This document shows positions 17,902 through 24,946 of a DNA stretch of 39,300 nucleotides, piece by piece (within the stretch, counting starts at the first letter, position 1; every line of letters starts with the position of its first letter). The position numbers and the translations under genes were made by a program. This stretch comes from a bacterium (Candidatus Gribaldobacteria) CG10_big_fil_rev_8_21_14_0_10_37_21 (GTDB taxonomy: Bacteria; Patescibacteriota; Minisyncoccia; Minisyncoccales; CG1-02-41-26). Where the stretch lies: NCBI GenBank assembly GCA_002773495.1, contig PFAX01000037.1, forward strand, positions 1-39,300, given 5' to 3'. The notes below the pieces were generated by a model. The model was not told where the DNA came from. It saw only the letters and a program-made list of their open reading frames with translations, and ran no database searches.

Positions 17902-18537
17902 TCAAGACCTTTTTAGGAAGAAGACAACAAGGCCGGAGCCAAGAGCAACTAATAAAGCCAAAGAAAATAAGGCCAAATTGCTACCCAAAACACGATCTTC
18001 GCCACCTTCTTTAGCGACAGATCCCCCTTTGTTTTCTTTAAGAAGGGAGTTTTCTTTTTCAGGACTTGTTTTAGGAAAAAGATTGGGTTTGTTTGGGGTA
18101 GGGGGAACCCATAGCCATTCATTGCCTTGGTTTCTACTATAAGAAAGCCCTTCTTTGGTTTCTGAAAAAGTGACTTCGTCAATTAAATTACCCTGTTTGT
18201 CAAGAAGCCAGAGGCCGTCGCCTTCGTTGTTCAAACTTATTTTTGTTTCTTTAATAAAAAGCAAAATAAAACTTTTAGGAGCAACTATCTTTGATTCAAA
18301 GGTAAATGTTTTACTTTGGCCTATCTTATCGCAGATTTGCCAACCAGTCAAGTCAAGGGGCGTTTCTTCTTGGTTAAAAAGTTCAATAAATTCGTTTTCT
18401 GAATCCTTTCCTTCTGGGTTTGGCAGAACTTCTGTAATAATAATACCTAAAAACTGCTCTGAAAAGCAATCAAAAGGAAAAAAAATAAACAAGCAAAGAA
18501 AAAATGCAAAACCTAAGGCGATTTTATTTTCTTTCAT
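17902..18537 (-). CDS. Exported lamin-tail-domain (LTD) protein with a C-terminal membrane anchor
   Basis: Signal peptide, then IIITEVLPNPEGKDSENEFIELFNQEETPLDLTGWQICD (LTD signature), and a C-terminal hydrophobic LALFSLALLVALGSGLVVFFL. The start overlaps the ruvB stop (ATGA). Confidence 0.75.
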   Translation of the reverse strand: MKENKIALGFAFFLCLFIFFPFDCFSEQFLGIIITEVLPNPEGKDSENEFIELFNQEETPLDLTGWQICDKIGQSKTFTFESKIVAPKSFILLFIKETKISLNNEGDGLWLLDKQGNLIDEVTFSETKEGLSYSRNQGNEWLWVPPTPNKPNLFPKTSPEKENSLLKENKGGSVAKEGGEDRVLGSNLALFSLALLVALGSGLVVFFLKRS

Positions 18538-19559
18538 AAGTTAAAAAGTTGTTTTTCGTTTAGAATAGTAGGTATCTTTTTTTTAAGGTGTTGAAAAGCA
18601 AGAGAGGTTGCTACCCTGCCTCTTGGTGTCCTTTCTATAAACCCCAAACGCATTAAATATGGCTCATAGACCTCTAAAATTGTGCTTTCTTCTTCAGCAA
18701 TAATAGCAGCTATGGCTTGTAAACCAACTGGCCCGCCATTAAACTTATCAATCATGGCCTCCAAAATTCGTAAATCATGCGAAGTTAAACCGAACTCGTC
18801 AATTTCAAGTGCTAAGAGCGCCTCTTTGGCTAAATATTCAGTTAAAACCCCCTCGCCTTTTATTTGGGCATAATCCCTGGCCCTTTTTAAGAGGTGATTG
18901 GCAACTCTTGGGGTAAACCTTGACCTTTTTGATAAAACATTCAAAGCGTCTTCGTTGGTTGATATTTTAAGGAGAGTTGAGGATCGTTGAAGTATTTTTT
19001 TTATATCTTCTTCTTCGTAAAAGTTTAAGCCAAGAATTGCCCCGAATCTTGTTCTTAAAGGTGAAGAAACAGAAGCTAATTTAGTGGTGGCCCCAATTAA
19101 AGTAAATCTCGGCAAGTCAAGGGTCATGGTTCTAGCCATTGGGCCCTTACCTAAGATTAAGTTTAGCTTAAAATCCTCCATAGCTGTGTATAAGCTTTCT
19201 TCTGTGGGCCTTGAAAGGCGGTGAATTTCGTCAATAAATAAAACAGAGCCCTCTTCTAAATTAGTTAAAATGGCCACCAAGTCCCCGGGCCTTTCAATAC
19301 CAGGACCTGCCACCACTTTTATTTCAGAGCTTACCTCTTGGGCGATTAAGTAAGCCAAGGTTGTTTTGCCAAGCCCTGGGTTTCCATACAAAAGCAAATG
19401 TTCCGGCGCTTCTTTTCGTTGCTTGGCAGCTTGCAACATAATTAAAATATTTTCTTTAATTTTATCTTGCCCAATATAGTCATCCCAAGACAAAGGCCTT
19501 AGGGTTACATCTAAGATATCTTCAGGAGCACTTGAGTTATTCTTTATTTCATCTATCAT
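18534..19559 (-). CDS. ruvB: Holliday junction branch-migration helicase RuvB
   Basis: LLYGNPGLGKTTLA, VLFIDEIHRL, and a RuvB C-terminal winged helix; 341 aa. Confidence 0.95.
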   Translation of the reverse strand: MIDEIKNNSSAPEDILDVTLRPLSWDDYIGQDKIKENILIMLQAAKQRKEAPEHLLLYGNPGLGKTTLAYLIAQEVSSEIKVVAGPGIERPGDLVAILTNLEEGSVLFIDEIHRLSRPTEESLYTAMEDFKLNLILGKGPMARTMTLDLPRFTLIGATTKLASVSSPLRTRFGAILGLNFYEEEDIKKILQRSSTLLKISTNEDALNVLSKRSRFTPRVANHLLKRARDYAQIKGEGVLTEYLAKEALLALEIDEFGLTSHDLRILEAMIDKFNGGPVGLQAIAAIIAEEESTILEVYEPYLMRLGFIERTPRGRVATSLAFQHLKKKIPTILNEKQLFNL

Positions 19560-19590
19560 TTTTTTAATTAAAAATTAGAAATTAATTATA

Positions 19591-19676
19591 TGTCCTACCT
19601 CTGTCCTACCTCATAAAAAAAGAGGGGGGTAGGACATTTTTTACAAGGTAGGACATAAATTTTAAGAGGTAGGACA
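19591..19676. repeat. Five copies of a 9-11-nt box, GGTAGGACA (two tandem inverted copies, three direct copies)
   Basis: TGTCCTACC(TC) occurs at 19591-19599 and 19602-19610. GGTAGGACA occurs at 19628-19636, 19647-19655 and 19668-19676, with 19- and 21-nt spacing. The first two copies abut a minus-strand TATAAT (19585-19590) in front of ruvB. The last copy ends 8 nt before the -35 of the + strand sRNA promoter. Confidence 0.8.
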
Positions 19677-19684
19677 AAAATCTC

Positions 19685-19713
19685 TTGACATTTATGTTAA
19701 AGTATACTATGAT
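19685..19713 (+). promoter_or_regulatory. Sigma70 promoter: TTGACA, 17-nt spacer, TATGAT
   Basis: -35 at 19685-19690 and -10 at 19708-19713. There is no ORF downstream on the + strand. Confidence 0.6.
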
Positions 19714-19719
19714 ACAAGC

Positions 19720-19867
19720 ATTAGCCCGCTGGCATTAGGAGTTTCACTTGGAATGGGTAAAAGGGTTTCGGCTTTTTTATTCCCCAAGAGTAATTCTGGC
19801 CCCCAAGGCAACTTGAGAGTCGGCGGGCTAACTCCGCTCCCCACCTTTTTAGGTGGGGAGTTTTTTT
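19720..19867 (+). ncRNA. Orphan structured small RNA (about 145 nt), class not assigned
   Basis: It is bounded by the promoter above and an intrinsic terminator. A 12-bp closing helix pairs TAGCCCGCTGGC (19722-19733) with GTCGGCGGGCTA (19819-19830). An inner helix pairs CTTGGAAT (19747-19754) with ATTCC--CCAAG (19779-19788). GC content is well above the surroundings. I could not find SRP, tmRNA, RNase P or tRNA signature motifs. Confidence 0.5.
19837..19867 (+). terminator. Intrinsic terminator
   Basis: CTCCCCACC-ttttta-GGTGGGGAG followed by T7. Confidence 0.8.
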
Positions 19868-19882
19868 GTTAAATAATTTTTT

Positions 19883-21091
19883 TTACATTAACAAAGGCAA
19901 TTTGCTATCGTCGAGCAAAATTTTTTGTAGCTTTTTTTTCGTAAAGCTATCATAATTATTTATCGCTTTCTCCATTAAGAAGAGGTACTCTTCATGCTGG
20001 TCGTCGGAATTGACCCATTCATTTGTCCAACGCATTGTAGCCATAATATTTTTCTTATAATCTATCTTTATAACTTTAAGAATTTTTCCTGTTTCTTCAA
20101 AAATTTTTTCTAACTCTTCTTTAGTTGCCCTTCCTCCGGAGCTATAAGAAAGTAAAATATACCTTGCTTGAGTGCTTTGTATCATTTTTTTTATTGCCTC
20201 GATCGCGATAAAATTACCTTTTTCATTTTTTCTGAATTCTTCAAATACGGAAGCCGAAACTAAATCCCTTGTGTCTTCTCTTCTGTTTACTTTTCCGAAT
20301 ATTGCGGGCTTGTCGTTTTTAATAACGGATGTCCAAATATGATAGTAAGAAGAATACCTAACTCTGCTCGGTGGCATTTTTTCGTTATTCGATCCATAAG
20401 GAGGGTCAAAATATGCAAGGTCAAAAGTATTATCTTTTAGGACTTTAAAAATATCATCTCTAATAACTTTATGTTTCCCGTTGGTTTTTTTTAATTCAGG
20501 AACCTTAAGGATTAAGTCATTATAAGAACGTTTAGACCAAGTAGAAAGATATGAAGCAAAGTGTCCAAGGGTGCTATCTACTGTGTCTAATGCGAGCAGT
20601 AAGCTTGTTAAAACAACAGATTGATCAATGTCATTTAATTTTAGCTCGTCAATTTTATCTCTTATTGCATCTAATTTTCTTGTATTTTTTATTTGAAAAG
20701 GCATTTTTATTTGTGTTGTTTCATCTCCGCCGTAATATTTAGTAAACCAGCCGTTGTACCCTTTAAGAGAATTAAGTTCGTCGAGTATATTTTGATAGTA
20801 TTTTTTATTTTTTCTATGCAACAAAAAACATTTTGCACATACCTCTGACCAGCAAGCAATATCGTTGGAAATGACATTGTAACCTGCTTGAGCCAATGCT
20901 TGGCTTACCCTTGTTGAGCCGCTGAATCCATCTAAAATAGTTCTAACCTCTAAATTTTTTATATTTTCTAAGATATAAGGGATTATTTTTAACTTAGACC
21001 CAGTATATTTTATACCCTGAGTTTTTATATAAGAAAAGTCCCTTTCATTAAATAGATTGAGATTTTTAAAAATACTAATTTCTTTTGGCAT
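19883..21091 (-). CDS. N6-adenine DNA methyltransferase, D12/Dam-like class (alpha order), with a long C-terminal region
   Basis: YTGSKLKIIPYI (the K-W-x-G-G-K-type motif), ILDGFSGSTRV (FxGxG AdoMet motif), and catalytic AYFDPPYG. 402 aa. Starts 1 nt after the upstream ORF stop. Confidence 0.8.
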   Translation of the reverse strand: MPKEISIFKNLNLFNERDFSYIKTQGIKYTGSKLKIIPYILENIKNLEVRTILDGFSGSTRVSQALAQAGYNVISNDIACWSEVCAKCFLLHRKNKKYYQNILDELNSLKGYNGWFTKYYGGDETTQIKMPFQIKNTRKLDAIRDKIDELKLNDIDQSVVLTSLLLALDTVDSTLGHFASYLSTWSKRSYNDLILKVPELKKTNGKHKVIRDDIFKVLKDNTFDLAYFDPPYGSNNEKMPPSRVRYSSYYHIWTSVIKNDKPAIFGKVNRREDTRDLVSASVFEEFRKNEKGNFIAIEAIKKMIQSTQARYILLSYSSGGRATKEELEKIFEETGKILKVIKIDYKKNIMATMRWTNEWVNSDDQHEEYLFLMEKAINNYDSFTKKKLQKILLDDSKLPLLM

Positions 21092-21092
21092 G

Positions 21093-21944
21093 CTATGTTT
21101 TTTTTAATTTTTCAATATCTTTCTGCAAAATTTTATTTGCTTCCTCGTGGCCTGCTTCGGTGCTATTTAACGCAAGACTAAATAATTTTACTAATGTGTG
21201 ATTATGAGAGTAATCAATCCAGCCGTTTGTGATGCTGTCAAAATAATTAGTAGCGTTTTTTGTTTGTGTCCAAAGGCCTCTTTGCAATGCGTTTGCTGAC
21301 GCACCACCATAACGAACCTCGCAGATATAACTATTATCTTTATCTAAAAACATGAAAATTGGATGCTTCCTGCTCTTACCTTTGCCATGACTAGTAAGAT
21401 TTTTTCCCTTGCCTATATATAAAATTTGGGTAGTTTGCCGGCTTGCTTTTTCATGGTCAAAAACCATTATATTGCATCGTTTATTTTTTTCATCATAAAT
21501 AAGAGGCATGACATTAATATTGTTAAATTCTGAAAAAGCCGAAGAAGAAAATATTTTCACAATTTTTTTCCTATCCGTAATCCTTTTCCCTTGTCTTTCA
21601 AGATAGGGAAACATTTTTTGGTCCCTGTCGGTTGAAAGTTGCAATGGACCATCTCCATACGCCTTTAAGCTAACTGGAAACTTTGATTTTGTTATTTCAT
21701 TGATAATAACAATATCTTCCTCATGTTCTTTAGCTCTAAAGAGGTCTTTTCCAATATGAACACTTTTAAAATCATACATAAACTGATTGATAAATTCAGC
21801 GATACCTATTTCAGCTAAATCGCCATGAGTTTTGTTGCCAATTAATCTCATTGTAAATATATTAGATAATGTGTTTACGACTAAATTTTTATGCTTGCTT
21901 GTTAGCACCTTAAACCTATTTTGAAAATCTTTATATGGATTCAT
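21093..21944 (-). CDS. Putative type II restriction endonuclease (partner of the methyltransferase), family unrecognised
   Basis: 283-aa ORF in tight operon arrangement with the MTase. Possible PD-(D/E)xK-like elements: GDLAEIGIAEF, EEDIVII and VSLKAYG. The assignment rests on context only. Confidence 0.45.
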   Translation of the reverse strand: MNPYKDFQNRFKVLTSKHKNLVVNTLSNIFTMRLIGNKTHGDLAEIGIAEFINQFMYDFKSVHIGKDLFRAKEHEEDIVIINEITKSKFPVSLKAYGDGPLQLSTDRDQKMFPYLERQGKRITDRKKIVKIFSSSAFSEFNNINVMPLIYDEKNKRCNIMVFDHEKASRQTTQILYIGKGKNLTSHGKGKSRKHPIFMFLDKDNSYICEVRYGGASANALQRGLWTQTKNATNYFDSITNGWIDYSHNHTLVKLFSLALNSTEAGHEEANKILQKDIEKLKKT

Positions 21945-21984
21945 AGTTTTATTTAGTTTTTACTTTATATTGTTTAGTTTGTTG

Positions 21985-23286
21985 TTATTCTTTGCCAACT
22001 TCTTTGCTTACTTCTTTCAGGGTTGTGATTCTTTTTAAAGTTTTTATTAAACCGTCTTGAAGCATAGTTGTCATTCCTTTTCTTTTAGCTTCTGCTTTTA
22101 AATTAACAATGGAAGGGCCTTTATTAATAAAGTTTTCCATTTCGTCGTCAACTAAAAGAAATTCATAAACCCCAATTCTTCCTTTATAACCTATTTGATT
22201 ACAACTTTCGCAACCTTGAGCCGTTAAAACTTTTGTTTTTTCAGTTACTTTTTCACAAATTCCTTTTTTGAAAAGGTTTTCTAAGTTTTTATTTATGAAG
22301 GTTGCTTCTTCCAAAGAAAGGTTTTTTTCTTTTGCACATTGTGGGCAAACTTTACGTAAAAGCCGTTGGGCAATAACTAAATTAAGAGCTGGGGCAATAT
22401 TCTCTGCTTTTTCCCCAAGAGCTTGTAATCTGGAAATAGTGCCAGCAGCGTCATTCGTGTGAAGGGTTGTTAAAACCAAGTGTCCAGTCATAGCGGCTTG
22501 AATAGCAATGTTGGCTGTTTGCTGGTCCCTTATTTCTCCCACCAGTATTACATCAGGGTCTTGCCTGACTATCGTGGCCAAGCCGGTGGCAAAATCATAG
22601 CCCTTTGTTTCATCAACCTGGCTTTGAGAAACCCCAGCCAAGCGGTATTCAATAGGATTTTCTATAGTAATTATTTTTATGTCAGAGGCGTTAATTGTTT
22701 TTAAAATACCGTAAAGCGAAGTTGTTTTACCAGATCCTGTGGGGCCAGTTGAAATTATCATTCCATTTGGTTTTTTAATTTCTTCTTTTAAAATTCGGGC
22801 CATGTCGTCTCTTAAGCCCAGCTCATTTAAGCTAATAAGGTTTTTTGGGTTAAGGAGCCGCATTACAATTGTTTCACCAAATTCAGAAGGCAGGGTTGAA
22901 GTTCTTATTTCAATTTCGGTCTTTCCCGCTAAAATAGCAAACCTGCCGTCTTGGGGTTTTTGGGTTATATTTAGTTTAACAGAAGAAAAAAGTTTAAGGC
23001 GATTTAAGGCCTGTAAATAAGTTTCTTTTGCAAGAACTCCCGCATCAAAGAGCGCTCCGTCAAGCCGTAAGCGAACTTTTGTCTGATTGGCCTCTACTTC
23101 TAAGTGAATGTCCGAAGCTTCGAGGGAAAGGGCGCCAAAAAGTAAAGCACTTAACAATAAGCTTATATTTGTTCCTTTGTTTTTTTCAAGCTCTGCTTGA
23201 AAGGCCTTAATGTTCTTAATGTTTTTTTTTATCTGGGACATCAGGTCGCAGCTAATTTGAAGTTGGGTTTTTAGCTTTTCTGCCAT
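21985..23286 (-). CDS. pilB: GspE/PilB-family secretion (type IV pilus assembly) ATPase, short form
   Basis: Walker A STGPTGSGKTTSLY, Asp box, Walker B ILVGEIRD, His box GHLVLTTLHTNDA, and tetracysteine CPQC...CESC. Confidence 0.85.
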   Translation of the reverse strand: MAEKLKTQLQISCDLMSQIKKNIKNIKAFQAELEKNKGTNISLLLSALLFGALSLEASDIHLEVEANQTKVRLRLDGALFDAGVLAKETYLQALNRLKLFSSVKLNITQKPQDGRFAILAGKTEIEIRTSTLPSEFGETIVMRLLNPKNLISLNELGLRDDMARILKEEIKKPNGMIISTGPTGSGKTTSLYGILKTINASDIKIITIENPIEYRLAGVSQSQVDETKGYDFATGLATIVRQDPDVILVGEIRDQQTANIAIQAAMTGHLVLTTLHTNDAAGTISRLQALGEKAENIAPALNLVIAQRLLRKVCPQCAKEKNLSLEEATFINKNLENLFKKGICEKVTEKTKVLTAQGCESCNQIGYKGRIGVYEFLLVDDEMENFINKGPSIVNLKAEAKRKGMTTMLQDGLIKTLKRITTLKEVSKEVGKE

Positions 23287-23336
23287 ATTTTATTTTAATT
23301 TTAAATTTATAATTTCAAATGAGGAAAACTAAATAA

Positions 23337-24449
23337 TTAATAAATTAATTTTTTAATTTCTGCTTTAGCTGCTTCAATATTTGTAAAAGGGGTTTTAAAT
23401 AAAAGCCAATTCTCTTTTGCCTGGGCTTGGAACTTTACTGCAAGCACTTTTTTCTTTTCTAAGTTGTTTTTTGAATAAAGAATACCCCTTACAGCTAAAG
23501 GCGAAGAGTTTTGTTCCCAAAGCACAAGGAGTTCTTTTTCATCTTGCAGTATGGGGGAAAATCTTTTTAAAATAAAGGGTATTTGCTCAAGCCCCACTTC
23601 GAACTTGCCAAAATCATTTTTTGAAAAAGCAAAAAGAAGGTTGTCGCAATTTTTAGAAAAAGCTTCTAATAAGGAAAAATAAAAAAACCGTTCTTCTTTG
23701 TTTTCAATACCACATAACCACTTCTCCAAAGTTTCTTTTTCTTCTAAAGAAAGTATTGCTTTTAAAGAGTTTATTTGTTCAAGTGTTTTTGTTTTTAGAG
23801 GAATGTTTCTAAAAGAAAAGGTCTCTTTTAAAAAAGCTAAAAGCAGGGGTAGAGCGGGTAGCTTATCTGTCTCGTTCTTTTTTAAAAGGTTAATTATCTC
23901 GAAAATATTTTTTGAAACTAAAGAACAAGGGTTTGTTAAGTTTACTTGCCCAAAGTTTCTGTTTTCTTTTGAGTTATCTATATTTAAGACCAAAAAAGTT
24001 TTATTTGGTAAAGAAGAAACATCATTTAAGCTCGTCGCCCCTACGGTTATTAAAAGAGTTTCCTTTTCCGTTGGTTTTAAGGAAATATTTTCTTTTTTAA
24101 GGTTTCCAGCTCCCGAGAGAAAAATATTTAAGGTTGTGTCTGTTTTTTCGTACGAAACAGCGGAAAGCTTGAGCCCGTCTTGTTCTTTAATTGAAAGAAC
24201 AAAATCAGCCCTTAGAGAAGGCGTTTCTTCGCCTTTTAAAAAGTTTTCTATGTTTAAAGGGGAGCAATCACTTTTTAAAGAATTATTTAAAATGCTTGCA
24301 TTTTTATTTAAATTTTCTAAGCTAAATAAAAGAGACATTGCTAAAAAACACGGAGAGGGGTTGTTTTTTAGAGAATAAAAAATTAGAATATCATTGTATT
24401 CTTCAATATACTTTTTTATCCTCTTAATTTCTGCGATTGGTGTTGTCAT
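23337..24449 (-). CDS. Hypothetical protein, possibly a catalytically degenerate DHH/DHHA1 (NrnA-like) homologue
   Basis: 370 aa. The layout ILIFYSLKNNPSPCFLAMSLLFSL ... LVLNIDNSKENRNFG ... LLLAFLKETFSF parallels NrnA motifs (H-x-x-PDGD, DHH, GI-x-TDTG), but the metal ligands are replaced. The + strand ORFs 23698-24378 and 23912-24100 are antisense shadows. Confidence 0.5.
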   Translation of the reverse strand: MTTPIAEIKRIKKYIEEYNDILIFYSLKNNPSPCFLAMSLLFSLENLNKNASILNNSLKSDCSPLNIENFLKGEETPSLRADFVLSIKEQDGLKLSAVSYEKTDTTLNIFLSGAGNLKKENISLKPTEKETLLITVGATSLNDVSSLPNKTFLVLNIDNSKENRNFGQVNLTNPCSLVSKNIFEIINLLKKNETDKLPALPLLLAFLKETFSFRNIPLKTKTLEQINSLKAILSLEEKETLEKWLCGIENKEERFFYFSLLEAFSKNCDNLLFAFSKNDFGKFEVGLEQIPFILKRFSPILQDEKELLVLWEQNSSPLAVRGILYSKNNLEKKKVLAVKFQAQAKENWLLFKTPFTNIEAAKAEIKKLIY

Positions 24450-24471
24450 TTAACTTAATTTATCTTAAAAT

Positions 24472-24942
24472 ATGGCTTTTGTCAATCAAATAATTCTAAC
24501 TAAAACAGCCAAAGAGACCGAACAAATTGGCGAAAAAATAGCGAAAGAGCTTATAAAAGAGGGACTAACTAGAACAGCCACCTGTGTTTGTTTAGAAGGC
24601 AATTTAGGGGCTGGCAAAACCACTTTTGCTAAGGGGTTTGCCAAAGGGTTGGGCATAAAAGAAATAATTATCAGCCCCACTTTTGCTATTCTGAAAAGAT
24701 TCAAGATTCAAGATTCAAGATTCAAGAATTTTTATCATATTGATGCTTATCGGTTGCAGGGGGGCAAAGACGCAGAAGCTTTAAACTTAAAAGAGGTTTT
24801 AGCTAACCCAACTAACCTTGTTTTGATTGAATGGCCTAATAATCTTAAAGTTCTCTTGAAGGGAGAATTTTTAACTATTAATTTTGATTTTTTAACTGAA
24901 AAAAAACGTTCTTTAAATTTTTCAAAGCCCATGGTAAAATAG
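24472..24942 (+). CDS. tsaE: tRNA t6A37 biosynthesis ATPase TsaE
   Basis: GNLGAGKTTFAKG, ISPTFAI and YHIDAYRL motifs; 156 aa. Confidence 0.85.
   Translation: MAFVNQIILTKTAKETEQIGEKIAKELIKEGLTRTATCVCLEGNLGAGKTTFAKGFAKGLGIKEIIISPTFAILKRFKIQDSRFKNFYHIDAYRLQGGKDAEALNLKEVLANPTNLVLIEWPNNLKVLLKGEFLTINFDFLTEKKRSLNFSKPMVK
24697..24727 (+). repeat. Heptanucleotide tandem repeat (AGATTCA), 4.4 copies, inside the tsaE coding sequence
   Basis: agattca agattca agattca agattca aga, encoding KRFKIQDSRFKN in the variable loop between the SPTF and YHID motifs. Confidence 0.85.
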
Positions 24943-24946
24943 GGCA

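Noticed and set aside
18155-18544. 129-aa + strand ORF, and similar antisense ORFs such as 28059-28397, 29358-29735, 33171-33485, 34880-35143 and 22739-23020
   Set aside because: Each lies entirely within, and opposite to, a gene with clear conserved motifs (LTD protein, response regulator, holA, Mur ligase, NIF3, pilB). No motifs of their own are recognisable.
19591-19642. The inverted boxes TGTCCTACC...GGTAGGACA followed by T6 as a + strand intrinsic terminator
   Set aside because: No + strand transcription unit ends here, since the upstream + strand is antisense to ruvB. The pairing is a by-product of the inverted box arrangement.
19591-19676. GGTAGGACA repeats as a CRISPR array
   Set aside because: The units are only 9-11 nt, occur in mixed orientation with irregular 11-21-nt spacing, and there are no cas genes. 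They fit protein-binding boxes better.
23698-24378. 226-aa + strand ORF (and the nested 23912-24100 ORF)
   Set aside because: It lies antisense to the longer 370-aa minus-strand ORF. Its F/S/K-rich composition is typical of the shadow frame of an AT-rich gene, and it does not fit the local operon layout.
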